64,000 nucleotides of DNA, taken from NCBI GenBank assembly GCA_043825875.1, contig JBDRRF010000076.1, forward strand, positions 32,001 through 96,000, read 5' to 3'. This document shows positions 8,633 to 19,098 of the stretch, one piece after another; the first letter of the stretch is position 1, and every line of letters begins with the position of its first letter. The notes under the pieces are model-generated. The model made no database searches and was not told the origin of the DNA. It saw nothing but the letters and a program-made list of their open reading frames with translations. The stretch comes from Pseudomonadota bacterium. GTDB lineage: Bacteria; Desulfobacterota; Desulfobacteria; Desulfobacterales; RPRI01. The position numbers and the translations under genes are program-made.

Positions 8633-9031
8633 TCATTTCAAAAGTTCAAATAATTGGAATTTAGAAGCTTTCTTGTCAAAAGTAATAACTGTCTCACAAC
8701 CATTTGTTTTTGCAGAATGCGCGATTAACAGATCAGAAAGATCATGGTTGTTTCCTTGAGCTGAATGAGCGAATTGCTGTAGAGTCGATAGCTGGTCAAA
8801 TTTAAAAATCGGCATCGATAAAAGATCGTTTATGGAATCTAATATTTCTACTCTTGAAATATTATAAACAGATTCTAAAACCCAAACCATTTCTAAAATT
8901 ACAAGTAACGGTACAAATAGTACTTCTTTTTCTGATTCAGCTTTTTTAAAAATCGTATAGACTTGTTTTGCCTGAAGTTCGTCATCCCCAATCAAAAAAC
9001 GAATCAGAATATTTGTATCAACTGCTTTCAT
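8633..9031 (-). CDS. vapC: PIN-domain toxin (VapC family)
   Basis: AVDTNILIRFL, ILEMVWVL, DLSDLLIA, ITFDKK. Confidence 0.9.
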   Translation of the reverse strand: MKAVDTNILIRFLIGDDELQAKQVYTIFKKAESEKEVLFVPLLVILEMVWVLESVYNISRVEILDSINDLLSMPIFKFDQLSTLQQFAHSAQGNNHDLSDLLIAHSAKTNGCETVITFDKKASKFQLFELLK

Positions 9032-9276
9032 TTATATTTATCCCGCATCTGATCTTTAATTACATCGTTCATAGTGTCGATGGATACAGCTTTTCTTCCG
9101 GTTTTATGCAATTTACAGAAAATATCATCGACTTTTTTAGAAACTGGCCGAATGATGGCCTCTCTATCTTCTGTAACAATAATTTCTATTTTGTCACCAG
9201 TATTTAATTTTAGAGAATCTCTTATAATTTTGGGGATTGTAATCTGTCCTTTTGTGGTGAGAGTTGCTAATGCCAT
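9028..9276 (-). CDS. AbrB/MazE/SpoVT-family antitoxin
   Basis: LTTKGQITIPKIIRDSLKLNTGD; GGAGG RBS; 4-bp overlap with the toxin. Confidence 0.9.
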   Translation of the reverse strand: MALATLTTKGQITIPKIIRDSLKLNTGDKIEIIVTEDREAIIRPVSKKVDDIFCKLHKTGRKAVSIDTMNDVIKDQMRDKYK

Positions 9277-9574
9277 ATCCACCTCCTTACTTATAATTTT
9301 ATCTTACTTATATGTAAGGCGTTAAAACCAAAATGTCAAGATGGTATTTCAGTTGTAAGAAACTCAATGCTCATTATATTTGGGTGAAGTTTGGAATGGA
9401 AATAACGCTCTTGCCACTTTTAGCTTTTAGTTTGCGGCAAGAGCATCATTGTTTGGAAGTATTAAAGTTTGTTTGTGAAGAATTAATAACGGTTTGATGA
9501 ATTTTCAGCAAACCGTCATATATAATCAAACTACTCTTATTTGCTGACAACAGATTATCCTGTCTTTACCGCTC

Positions 9575-10264
9575 CTATGACTGCATCGGTACAATACGGA
9601 TCTCAACACGCCTGTTTTTCTGCCGCCCGGCTTCGGTGCCATTACTTGCTATGGATTTATTCTCGCCATAACCGATTGTAGACATACGCGATGCGCTCAC
9701 ACCCCTGCTTACAAGAGCATTCTTTACACTATCGGCACGCCGCTGGGAAAGTGTCTGGTTATAATCCGGTGCGCCTGTGCTGTCAGTATGGCCGCCAATT
9801 TGAATTCGTGTTTGCGGATATTGATTAAGAACTCTTGCTACTCTGTCCAGTTCATCATAAGCGCCTGGAAATATAGTTGAAGAATTTACAGCAAAAAGCA
9901 AATCGGATTTAAAAGTTACAGTAAGTACATCCTGAACTTTTCTTGTGCTATCCGCCTGTGCTTGTGACAATACTTCCTGTTCGCGCCTTATGCTTGCAGC
10001 CTCGGAATCAGCCAGCGCCTGGCGCATAGCAGCCTCCTGCTTATCCATATAATTGCCGATAGCACCACCGGCCAAACCTCCGGCAGCAGCTCCAATAGCA
10101 GCACCAAGGAGAGTTGCATTAGTATCGCGTCCTATTGCCTGCCCAAGACCGGCTCCAACAGCAGCGCCAACTCCAGTTCCTACGAGAGCACCGGTTTGTG
10201 TTTTAGTTGCACAGCCTGCAAACGCAATAGTAACAATGCTTATCAAAATTATCAGCTTTTTCAT
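9575..10264 (-). CDS. OmpA-family lipoprotein with glycine zipper (YiaD-like)
   Basis: Lipobox FAGC, Gly-zipper, GHTDSTG...NQTLSQRRA, NRRVEI. Confidence 0.9.
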   Translation of the reverse strand: MKKLIILISIVTIAFAGCATKTQTGALVGTGVGAAVGAGLGQAIGRDTNATLLGAAIGAAAGGLAGGAIGNYMDKQEAAMRQALADSEAASIRREQEVLSQAQADSTRKVQDVLTVTFKSDLLFAVNSSTIFPGAYDELDRVARVLNQYPQTRIQIGGHTDSTGAPDYNQTLSQRRADSVKNALVSRGVSASRMSTIGYGENKSIASNGTEAGRQKNRRVEIRIVPMQS

Positions 10265-10559
10265 TTCAACTTTCCTTTCTTAATTCAGTATGTTCAAATT
10301 AGCATTATTTATATATACATCAAAAACATAATAAATAATCTACGCAATAAACTTTACATCATATATATGTTTTTTTAATGCTGGTATGTTACCAAGCCAA
10401 GGATACAATATCAAGTTGAATTTTTATTATATTTGTCAAAATGATCTGTCTATTCCCATTACAATTGTTTGCTTGCAAGTGTATACGTAACTTAAACCTT
10501 GACAGTTAAAGCTTATCTCCATATTGTCGTTATAAATATTGGAATTTTGGAGTACTAAC

Positions 10560-11771
10560 ATGTTAAGAATAATAATAATGGCTATTTTGGTTTTTATAAA
10601 TACAGCAGCTTTTGCGTCTGATCTTGAAACAATAGTTGTAGCACCTTCCGAACCTGTTATTTCAGGTAAAAGCATCACTGTTGAAGTATATTTTTTAAAC
10701 CCTTCAGATCAAATCATTACAGCAAATGTACCTAAGATTATTAAACCCAAATTAATTAACAAAAACATAACTCCAATACTACAATTAAGTCCAAAACCTT
10801 TTGAACCTTTGGATAAAATCGATATTCCGGCAAATGGCTTTATAAAAAAACTATACACTTTTGACGTTCCCGAATCTCTTGAAGGCAGTGTTGGTATAGA
10901 GCTTGTTACGTTTACTTCAAAAAGAGTTTTATTCAACGTAGTTAAAACAGATGAAAAAGATCCAAAGTGTGTTTCCGAAACGCCAAAAAGATACGACACC
11001 GCTGAAGAAATTCAGGCTTTATTCCAAAAAGATTTTCCTTATTTTCCCTCTAACGAACCAACCTATTTTGGCGTGGGCACTGATCCTGAAAAAAGCAAAT
11101 TTCAATTCAGTTTTAAATATCGGATTCTTGATGTTGATAAACATGAATGGGCAAAAAACAGGCCATGGCTAAGCGGATTTCATTTCGGGTATACACAAAC
11201 ATCGTTATGGGATCTTAAATCCGATTCCAAGCCTTTTGATGATACAAGCTATAAACCGGAGCTTTTTTACCTAACAAGAAACATCAGGCCTGGCTTTTTA
11301 TCAATGTCACACTTATGCTTAAAATCCGGTTTTCAACATGAATCAAATGGTAAAGGCGGCACGGATTCCCGCAGTACCAATTATCTGTATATAAAACCCA
11401 TTTCGGCTTTTGATTTAGGCAATGATTACCATTTGAAAGTTGCTCCAAAGGTCTGGATATATGCAGGTAATGATAATGATACTAATCCTGATATTAAAAA
11501 TTACCGGGGCTACTTTGATCTTGAACTAAAAGCCGGAAAGAGCAACGGTCTTGCTGTAGGTTCAAACCTGCGTTATGGCAAAAAAGGCGGGAGCATACAG
11601 TTGGATGCAACATATCCGTTTTACAAGATCCTTTTTTTAGACGAAAATCAGGATTGGCTTAACCCGAATTTATACTTTCTTGTTCAGTATTACAACGGCT
11701 ATGCAGAAAGTCTTATCCGATACAATGAAAAGAGTCATGCACTTCGGCTGGGAATTTCTCTTGTAAGATAG
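10560..11771 (+). CDS. pldA: Outer-membrane phospholipase A1 (OMPLA) with N-terminal extension
   Basis: KFQFSFKY, YTQTSLW, YKPELF, catalytic HESNG, YNGYAESLIRYN. Confidence 0.85.
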   Translation: MLRIIIMAILVFINTAAFASDLETIVVAPSEPVISGKSITVEVYFLNPSDQIITANVPKIIKPKLINKNITPILQLSPKPFEPLDKIDIPANGFIKKLYTFDVPESLEGSVGIELVTFTSKRVLFNVVKTDEKDPKCVSETPKRYDTAEEIQALFQKDFPYFPSNEPTYFGVGTDPEKSKFQFSFKYRILDVDKHEWAKNRPWLSGFHFGYTQTSLWDLKSDSKPFDDTSYKPELFYLTRNIRPGFLSMSHLCLKSGFQHESNGKGGTDSRSTNYLYIKPISAFDLGNDYHLKVAPKVWIYAGNDNDTNPDIKNYRGYFDLELKAGKSNGLAVGSNLRYGKKGGSIQLDATYPFYKILFLDENQDWLNPNLYFLVQYYNGYAESLIRYNEKSHALRLGISLVR

Positions 11772-11814
11772 AGGATGATAAAATCGATAACTGATAGACT
11801 TATAAAAAAGCGTA

Positions 11815-12300
11815 TCAGTATTCATCCAGATGATTGAACTCTGCGTTTTCAAGCCAGAACTCCGGTCTTCTTATAAATTCAATAAGCTGTTCTATTAAAA
11901 ATTTATGTTTCTTTTCTTCTTCAATTATTTTTTTAATTGTTTCCCTATGTCCATCATTGTTTGTATTCTCAAGAAGATCCCCATATATTTCAATGCTTTT
12001 TTGTTCATTTGTTAAAGCAACCTGATATACTTCTTCTTGAGGAGTATTCCCGGAAATCTGAACAGCTTTATCCTTTATATCCTGAAAAATAAATTTTGCA
12101 TCTTTTAAAATAGCAGTATCTTCTAATTTATAATCTCTTTGTTGTTCCATTCTTTCAAAAACAATATAATGCTTTTTTTCATCTTGCGCCAGCAAGGTAA
12201 AAATATTTTTCAAACCAACATCGGTGGCGTTATCGGCTAAATCCGAATAAAATTTTTCCCCGTTCTTTTCTACCTGTTTTGCAAGTTCAAATATTTTCAT
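11815..12300 (-). CDS. Ferritin-like / rubrerythrin-family protein
   Basis: Paired E...EKKH diiron motifs. Confidence 0.85.
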   Translation of the reverse strand: MKIFELAKQVEKNGEKFYSDLADNATDVGLKNIFTLLAQDEKKHYIVFERMEQQRDYKLEDTAILKDAKFIFQDIKDKAVQISGNTPQEEVYQVALTNEQKSIEIYGDLLENTNNDGHRETIKKIIEEEKKHKFLIEQLIEFIRRPEFWLENAEFNHLDEY

Positions 12301-12345
12301 TATAAACCTCCTTATCTTGAAAAAAATGTTAATTTTACTTCAGAT

Positions 12346-12488
12346 GAGCCACTTTCAAAACGTTTCAGTTTGGTCAAGCTCAAAGCGGGAGAAAATTTCA
12401 ACCGCAGGAATACATTGAGTATTTCGAGGAATGGAATTTGAGCCCAACGCTTAAGATCGGCCAAAATGGGGCGTTTTGAAACTGGCTC
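12346..12488 (+). mobile_element. MITE copy 1 (143 bp)
   Basis: TIR GAGCCACTTTCAAAACG / CGTTTTGAAACTGGCTC; flanks AGAT / TGAT (TSD with one mismatch); homologous to 47238 and 51548. Confidence 0.85.
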
Positions 12489-12660
12489 TGATATTATACA
12501 ATAAATATCCACAGCAGCAAAACAAATAAACTTTTATAAAACACTATAGCATTCTTAACACTCTATATATTCCTTGACATAAAAAAGGCTTTTACTTAAT
12601 ATTTTCATATAAAAATGCGCCAGGGTTAAACCAAAACACATATATATAAAGGAGCTTTTC

Positions 12661-13518
12661 ATGAAATTGAAATTTCTGTTGATTGCTATAACTTTATCAA
12701 TTGCTACAGCTATTTCTTCGCCCTCTTTTGCCGAAGTCGAATGGAGCGTTTTAAGCCGTTTGCAGATGGACACTTCTCCTATAGACGTTGCCGTCTCTTT
12801 ATCTGATAAGTGGGTTTTCGTTTTAGACGATCATGGAGATATTCTTGTTTTTTCTAAAGATGGCAACTTGAAAGAAAAAATTCATGCAGGAAAGCAATTC
12901 GATCAAATCAGGGTCGGCCCAAGAGATAATCTTCTATTTCTTACAAACAGCAAAAGCAAAACAGTTGAAGTTATGCAAGTTGACTTCATATATAAAATCA
13001 ATACAACCGGTTCTCCTTTCAAAGGACTTTCTAATGCACCGGTTGTTTTAGTAGTTTTTACTGATTTCCAATGCCCTTACTGTGCATACCTTGTCCCGGT
13101 ACTTGATCAGGTTCTGAAACAATATCCGAAAGAAGTAAAAATAGTCTTCAAAAACTATCCGCTTCAGAGTCATAGTTATGCAATGAGTGCGGCAATAGCA
13201 GCACTGGCTGCAAAAAGCCAGGGTAAGTTCTGGGAATTTCATGATCTTCTCTTTAAAAATCATAACCAGCTAAGTGATGAAAAGATCGAAGAGATAATAA
13301 TAAAAACAGCCATAAACAGGCAGGAATTTGATAAGAAGATAAATGATCCCCAACTTTTACAAAAAGTACAGCAAGATATTATTGATGGACTAAATGCTGA
13401 TGTTAGAGGCACCCCATCAGTTTTTATAAACGGAAAACTGCAAAGAGACCTTTCAGTGGAAGGGTTAACAAGCGCTATAGATAAAGATTTAAAAAAATCA
13501 CGGAAACACAGCAAATAA
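12661..13518 (+). CDS. DsbA/thioredoxin-fold protein with N-terminal extra domain
   Basis: FTDFQCPYC and VRGTPSVFING; signal peptide. Confidence 0.85.
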   Translation: MKLKFLLIAITLSIATAISSPSFAEVEWSVLSRLQMDTSPIDVAVSLSDKWVFVLDDHGDILVFSKDGNLKEKIHAGKQFDQIRVGPRDNLLFLTNSKSKTVEVMQVDFIYKINTTGSPFKGLSNAPVVLVVFTDFQCPYCAYLVPVLDQVLKQYPKEVKIVFKNYPLQSHSYAMSAAIAALAAKSQGKFWEFHDLLFKNHNQLSDEKIEEIIIKTAINRQEFDKKINDPQLLQKVQQDIIDGLNADVRGTPSVFINGKLQRDLSVEGLTSAIDKDLKKSRKHSK

Positions 13519-13526
13519 GGCCATAG

Positions 13527-14396
13527 CTATAAGCAGGCACCAGGATATTTGGGAAACGGAAACCCCGTTTTTGATTCTTCAGTACCTTTTACTATTGTCT
13601 CAAGAAACGAAAAAGGGAAACCCATTCCCAGCCTGTCACTCTCAAACCTTGCGATAAGTCTTGCACCTAAACAATAGGGAGAAAAGTTGATTTCTTTCAA
13701 TAGATAGGGCCTTACAATTAAATCCGAGCATCCGGCCCGCAGTCCTCCTACGTTTGCTGTTACCCGGTTTCCGGTTATATACTGATAGCCCTGTATAATT
13801 CTGCATAATTCCACAGGTCGTAAAGAAAGTATCACAATATCAGGCGAAATTTCTACCTCTTCAAAATCCGGAGAAAAATAAAATACTCCCTGTGTTAATG
13901 GTGGCTGCAAAGACAGCATTTCCGATAACGCCTTGCGAGCTATGTCTTTTGTTATATATCTCCCAGAATCTTTTTTGCCGAATAAGGCATAATCTTCTTT
14001 TTTAGAATCCTTAAAGGCATAGACCGTACCATCAGCAAATTCAAGCGGTGAAGGCGGGATAAAAGAATCTCCCTTTCCACTGCTCTTTCTCATAATTTCA
14101 GTATATTCTCTCTCCCCTTTCAGAGGAGAAGTTTTATTCTTATCAACAATGCCCAAGCTTATTGCCGCAGCAATACAGCCTATACTATGCTCTGTTAAAT
14201 ATACGGCATCTCCCATCATTGTTGTCCTGATCGAATGGCAGGAAGTTATGGCAATTCCATCAGGCTGGTATTTCTTTACCTCTTCAGGCACAGTTTCATC
14301 TTTTTTATATATTCTGATTCCGGAAACAGGGATATCAAGATTTGGCACATCAAATGCTTTTACAAGTCTTTTTATTAAATCATTAAAATTATTCAT
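13527..14396 (-). CDS. DUF169-like protein
   Basis: Conserved-looking Cys positions (TSCH, IGCIAA, AGCSD, PYCLGAR) and PDIV motif. Confidence 0.6.
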   Translation of the reverse strand: MNNFNDLIKRLVKAFDVPNLDIPVSGIRIYKKDETVPEEVKKYQPDGIAITSCHSIRTTMMGDAVYLTEHSIGCIAAAISLGIVDKNKTSPLKGEREYTEIMRKSSGKGDSFIPPSPLEFADGTVYAFKDSKKEDYALFGKKDSGRYITKDIARKALSEMLSLQPPLTQGVFYFSPDFEEVEISPDIVILSLRPVELCRIIQGYQYITGNRVTANVGGLRAGCSDLIVRPYLLKEINFSPYCLGARLIARFESDRLGMGFPFSFLETIVKGTEESKTGFPFPKYPGACL

Positions 14397-14640
14397 TCGT
14401 CACATTTTCTCTCTAAAATAAATGGCACTACATTGAGTTCTTTGAAGAACTGCTACTTTTGCTGATATCAGTAAAAGCGGTAATCTCAAAAGACTTACTC
14501 AAAGCTTTCAATATACCATATACTTTGTATCACAAAATCCCGCAAGCCGTTTTTGCAAGATGCAATACCACAAAGTTCTTGCCAAAATCAAACAGGTCGT
14601 TTTTATGTTAAAATATTTTCCGGATTCAAAAAGTCCAAAT

Positions 14641-14679
14641 ATTTTTCTATATAATTTTTCTATATAATTTTTCTATATA
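14641..14679. repeat. Tandem repeat (ATTTTTCTATATA) x3
   Basis: Three perfect 13-bp units ending just before TTGACA at 14681. Confidence 0.9.
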
Positions 14680-14917
14680 ATTGACATTTAACAATGTTTC
14701 TGATAATGGCAAAATATAATAACATTTAGTAAAATTTATTGGCTTATAATAAATCCGCCAACAGCTCAGAGGCAAAACCAAGAATTAAAAAGAATAAGAT
14801 TTAGTTAGCATAACTTTCAACTTATTTGTTTGATTAATGGCCGGATATCAATTTTTTATTTACAACAAGATTCGCAATATAATAATTTCAAGCTTTGCTA
14901 AATAGCAAGGAAAGTAA

Positions 14918-15139
14918 ATGCCGCATATCATTATAAAGCTCTATCCGGGAAGATCACAAGAACAAAAGCAAAAGCTGACGGATGCTATAGTAAGAGATGT
15001 TGTCTCCATAGCAAAATGTGAAGCAAAAACAGTATCGGTTGCGATTGAAGAAGTAAGTTCAAATGATTGGGATGAGAAAGTATTTAAGCCGGATATTTTA
15101 GGAAATAAAAACATACTGTTTAAAGAACCTGAAAAATAG
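14918..15139 (+). CDS. 4-oxalocrotonate tautomerase-family protein
   Basis: N-terminal Pro (MPH), GRSQEQK, VSVAIEEV...DW. Confidence 0.85.
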   Translation: MPHIIIKLYPGRSQEQKQKLTDAIVRDVVSIAKCEAKTVSVAIEEVSSNDWDEKVFKPDILGNKNILFKEPEK

Positions 15140-15281
15140 TATCATTTTTAAATTCACATACGCTCTTATAAAAATAGCTTTTAAGAATCAAAAACATTAT
15201 TTTGACACATGGAAAACATTTTTCATATTTTGTGGTAAGTAATTATTGTGTAAGAATACTTTTTCCTTAACCTACTAAATT

Positions 15282-15638
15282 ATGAGATTAGAGATTGTCA
15301 TGAATGAAATAGAATCAAGTTCTGATAGGAGATCTGAAGACAGGCTTTTTGGCAATCAATACCATAGCGTTCAAATTTCAAAACCCGAAATTGTTCTTGC
15401 CTATCAATTCAGAATAAGAAATATTTCCAAGAAGGGTATGTGTATTCTAGTTCGACAAGACTCAAAAATAATGGAATATTTACATGTCGGAGACATAATG
15501 GATATGCAATTTTATCCTTTAAAAAAATCAGATCCTATTGAAAATTCAAAAGTCGAAATCAGGCATATTTCAAAAGATGATAATGGAAGATTCCGGGGGC
15601 ATTATCTAGTCGGTTTAAATAAATTAGAGCCTGAATGA
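15282..15638 (+). CDS. PilZ-domain protein
   Basis: DRRSEDR (RxxxR) and NISKKG (N/DxSxxG). Confidence 0.8.
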   Translation: MRLEIVMNEIESSSDRRSEDRLFGNQYHSVQISKPEIVLAYQFRIRNISKKGMCILVRQDSKIMEYLHVGDIMDMQFYPLKKSDPIENSKVEIRHISKDDNGRFRGHYLVGLNKLEPE

Positions 15639-15870
15639 TTTGATACCCGGGCTTCATGGATTAAATTTAATTTTATTTTTGAGTTCATTATAATACTCTT
15701 ATCAAGCTTACCGGATATTTTTTAAACTCATATATATTTATCAAAAGGCCAGTTACAGATAAGACTGCCTTTTGACAATTCTTACAACAAGTATTAGATT
15801 ATAAAAAATCACATTCAAACTTTTATTCAGATCGAAACCATAGAAAATAATATTGAGAGGAGAATAAGAT

Positions 15871-16365
15871 ATGAGTAAAACGGAAAAAAATTTACTGGAA
15901 GCTTTTGCAGGTGAATCGCAGGCAAATCGCAAGTATCTTGCGTTTGCAAAACAGGCTGAAAAAGAAGGATTGCCACGTATAGCAAGGCTTTTTAGAGCTG
16001 CTGCTGAAGCTGAAACCATACATGCCCATGCTCATTTAAAGGTAGTTGGAGGTATAAACAGCACTGCGGAAAACCTTAAAGAAGCTATAGAAGGTGAAAC
16101 TCATGAATTTAAATCAATGTATCCTGAAATGATAAAAGCCGCTGAAGAGGAAGGAAATAAGGCAGCAATCAGAACATTTACCTATGCCAATGAAGTTGAG
16201 AAGGTGCATGCAGCTCTTTATCAAAAAGCACTTGAAAATATGGATAAGCAGGAATCGGTAGATTATTACATCTGCACAGTATGCGGATACACCTGCGAAA
16301 ACGAGCCGCCCGAAACGTGCCCTGTATGCAATTCAAAAGCAAAAGCTTTTGTTAAAATAGATTAA
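15871..16365 (+). CDS. rbr: Rubrerythrin
   Basis: AFAGESQA, EtiHA, EKVH, C-terminal CTVC...CPVC. Confidence 0.9.
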   Translation: MSKTEKNLLEAFAGESQANRKYLAFAKQAEKEGLPRIARLFRAAAEAETIHAHAHLKVVGGINSTAENLKEAIEGETHEFKSMYPEMIKAAEEEGNKAAIRTFTYANEVEKVHAALYQKALENMDKQESVDYYICTVCGYTCENEPPETCPVCNSKAKAFVKID

Positions 16366-16370
16366 TACCT

Positions 16371-17396
16371 ATGCCGATTCCGGGAAATCTCCTTACAACC
16401 GCAATGGCGGTTATGCCTCACACGGATGTGGACCAAGCGTTAGAAATGGCTTTATCTCTTGATATTCCGTTCTGGCCGCAACTTCCAAATTACAGCTATT
16501 ATGAAGATATGTATGTTCAGGCTGCAGAGCATTTCCCGGGAATTCTTCTTGATTTAAAAAATAAAACACTTCGCTTTTCACTCGAAAAATTCATCAATGA
16601 ATTCGAAGAAACCATGAGTCATTTTGATGAGCCTGAATATTTTGATATCAGCAATACATATTCCGAAGTTTACCATAAGTTCCTATCGCAAGATTTATCT
16701 GACAGGCCGGCAATCCGGGGGCAGCTTGAAGGGCCTATAAGTTTCGGTTTCAATATTATGGACGAAAACAAGCGCCCTATCCTTTTCGATGATACCGTAC
16801 GCCCTTTTATGATGGAATTTATGGCAAAACGAATAAATGTTCAGCTTTCCCGATTAAAAAAACTAAATAAAAACGCATTTATGTTTATCGACGAACCAGG
16901 ACTTCAGTTTCTTTTTTCAGCTATGTCAGGATACGGGGATATAAAAGCCAAAGGAGACCTGGACCTTTTTTTTTCAATGCTTGATCGTCCCAGCGGCATA
17001 CATCTTTGCGGAAATCCTGACTGGGATTTTTTACTGAACCTGAAACTGGACATATTGTCTTTAGACGTATATACAAATGCCGAAATATTTTCTTCTTATG
17101 CATCATCTATCAAACGCTTTTTAGAACGAGGCGGTGTTATAGTCTGGGGTATTGTGCCTACCGGTTTTGAAAATTTTGAAAAAGAAAGTATTCCGTCTCT
17201 GATTAATCGTCTTGAAGATACGTGGCAGGTTCTTGCAAAAAAAGGAATCGATATAAATTTTATGTTAAGCAAAAGCCTTCTCTCTCCTGCAACTTGCTGT
17301 CTGGTGAATCCCGATAAGGAAAAAACAGTTGAAAAGGCGTTTGAAACAATACAATCAATATCAAGTAAGTTAAGAGAAAAATATCAGCTTTACTGA
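16371..17396 (+). CDS. Single-barrel cobalamin-independent methionine synthase-like (MetE/URO-D fold) protein
   Basis: PFWPQLP, GQLEGPIS, FIDEP, GIHLCGN, WGIVPT, SPATCC. Confidence 0.7.
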   Translation: MPIPGNLLTTAMAVMPHTDVDQALEMALSLDIPFWPQLPNYSYYEDMYVQAAEHFPGILLDLKNKTLRFSLEKFINEFEETMSHFDEPEYFDISNTYSEVYHKFLSQDLSDRPAIRGQLEGPISFGFNIMDENKRPILFDDTVRPFMMEFMAKRINVQLSRLKKLNKNAFMFIDEPGLQFLFSAMSGYGDIKAKGDLDLFFSMLDRPSGIHLCGNPDWDFLLNLKLDILSLDVYTNAEIFSSYASSIKRFLERGGVIVWGIVPTGFENFEKESIPSLINRLEDTWQVLAKKGIDINFMLSKSLLSPATCCLVNPDKEKTVEKAFETIQSISSKLREKYQLY

Positions 17397-17427
17397 GCAA
17401 GTTTATCAGGTAAAACGGAACATATTT

Positions 17428-18009
17428 ATGGAAATTGTCCAATCTTTTGTGTCAGCCCTTATTCCTATTATGGTTGCTATGGATGCTCCCGGCATTCTTC
17501 CGCTTTATATAGGTATGACAGAAGGAATTGATAAACAGCAACGGAAAAAGATAGTCCGCCAATCAATCATTACGGCTTTTATGGTTGCAGTCGGTTTCGT
17601 TTTTTTGGGACAAGTTATATTTAATGCTCTGGGGATATTAGTAGAGGACTTCATGATTGCAGGAGGCGGGGTCCTTTTGATCATAGCCGTTACCGACGTG
17701 GTACGTGCCGGTGAAAAACAAATTGAGCGAAGCCCTGAATTTGGCGTAGTACCTTTCGGGACCCCACTTATAGCGGGTCCGGGTACATTAACCACTGCGC
17801 TTGTTCTAGTTGGAACGAACGGTTATATCCCCGTCATATTTTCGCTAATAGTAAACCTCTTGTTTGCATGGTTAATTTTCAATCAATCGGAACGTATCAT
17901 AAACTTTTTTGGGATAAGCGGTTCCAGAGCTTTTGCTAAAGTTGCTTCACTTATTCTTGCTGCATTTGCAGTAAAGATGATAAGAAGCGGAATTATGAAA
18001 TTCATATAA
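17428..18009 (+). CDS. MarC-family membrane protein
   Basis: IAGGGVL, VVPFGTPLIAGPG. Confidence 0.9.
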   Translation: MEIVQSFVSALIPIMVAMDAPGILPLYIGMTEGIDKQQRKKIVRQSIITAFMVAVGFVFLGQVIFNALGILVEDFMIAGGGVLLIIAVTDVVRAGEKQIERSPEFGVVPFGTPLIAGPGTLTTALVLVGTNGYIPVIFSLIVNLLFAWLIFNQSERIINFFGISGSRAFAKVASLILAAFAVKMIRSGIMKFI

Positions 18010-18060
18010 AGTTGATTTTTGCGGGGAGATAACCTTTTAATAATTTTTGGATTATCTTTA

Positions 18061-19098
18061 TTACACCGGCCTTGCTTCAATTATATCAAGCGGACACTGA
18101 GTAGGGATGATATCTGAAAGCGCAAATCCGCCCCTGTCCAATATGGATTTGAATTCAGACCTGCTACGCTCCAATCCTCCGGCAAGCGTTAGCATGCTGA
18201 TATCTACAAGCTTGCCAAAGTCAGGTTCGTTACCCGGGATAATTACCCTCTCAATTATCAGAAGCCTGCCGGAACCTTCCATAGCCTTATGGCAAACTTT
18301 GAGAATAGCCACAGCCTGATCATCATCCCAATCGTGTAGTACCCGCTTTAAGATATATGCATCACCGCCGCCTGGCACTGATTGAAAGAAATCTCCGTTT
18401 ATAAGTTCACAACGCTTGGCAACGCCTTGTTTGTCCAGAATAGTTCTGGCAGCTTGATCAACAGCTCTAAGATCATAAACTTTACCGCTAAGCTTGGGAT
18501 AGGTTTTAAGAATTTCTACAAGAAGAGCTCCGTGTCCGCCCCCCACATCTATAATAGTCTTAAATTGTGAAAAGTCATAGGCATTAACAACAGGTGCCAA
18601 TTCATGTCCTGAAAAGCTTGTCATTGCTTCATTAAAGTGTTTTGCTGCTTGGGCATCCTTGGCAAGATATTCATGGACATTCATGCCATGGACATGGGCA
18701 AAAGCAGGTTTGCCAGTCTTCACACTGTATAAGAGCTCGCCCTCCGCCCCCCATGACCAGGGTTCACCAACCATAATGGCATATCCGGCAAGTGAACCGG
18801 GTATTTCTGTTTGCAGATTTTCTGCAAGCGGTGTCAACTGAAAACAACCGTCTCCATTTTCACAAAATATTTCCAGACTCGCCAGAGCCCGAAGCAAACG
18901 ATAAAGAGCGCGCGGATGAGCATCTACTGCCCGGGCCAGTTCCTCACAGCTCTTGGGCCCGTCTTTCAAAAGATCGGCAATTTTTAGTTTTGCGGCAACA
19001 TATATCAATTGAGTTATTCTACTTCCATGAATCATATGCATCAATTTCATCTCTTGCGAAATCTGCTTTATTTCTTCAGAGCAATTCTTTTCAGTCAT
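18061..19098 (-). CDS. O-methyltransferase (Methyltransf_2 with dimerisation domain)
   Basis: IIDVGGGHG, GDFF, LKRVLHDW, GGLERS; start set at MTEKN after GGAG. Confidence 0.9.
   Translation of the reverse strand: MTEKNCSEEIKQISQEMKLMHMIHGSRITQLIYVAAKLKIADLLKDGPKSCEELARAVDAHPRALYRLLRALASLEIFCENGDGCFQLTPLAENLQTEIPGSLAGYAIMVGEPWSWGAEGELLYSVKTGKPAFAHVHGMNVHEYLAKDAQAAKHFNEAMTSFSGHELAPVVNAYDFSQFKTIIDVGGGHGALLVEILKTYPKLSGKVYDLRAVDQAARTILDKQGVAKRCELINGDFFQSVPGGGDAYILKRVLHDWDDDQAVAILKVCHKAMEGSGRLLIIERVIIPGNEPDFGKLVDISMLTLAGGLERSRSEFKSILDRGGFALSDIIPTQCPLDIIEARPV

Noticed and set aside
12312..12512. 66-aa ORF
   Set aside because: Mostly the MITE read in reverse; no evidence it is a gene.
14770..14790. 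GGCAAAACC as the start of a c-di-GMP-I riboswitch
   Set aside because: No following GNRA-capped stem or GCAAAGC second stem.
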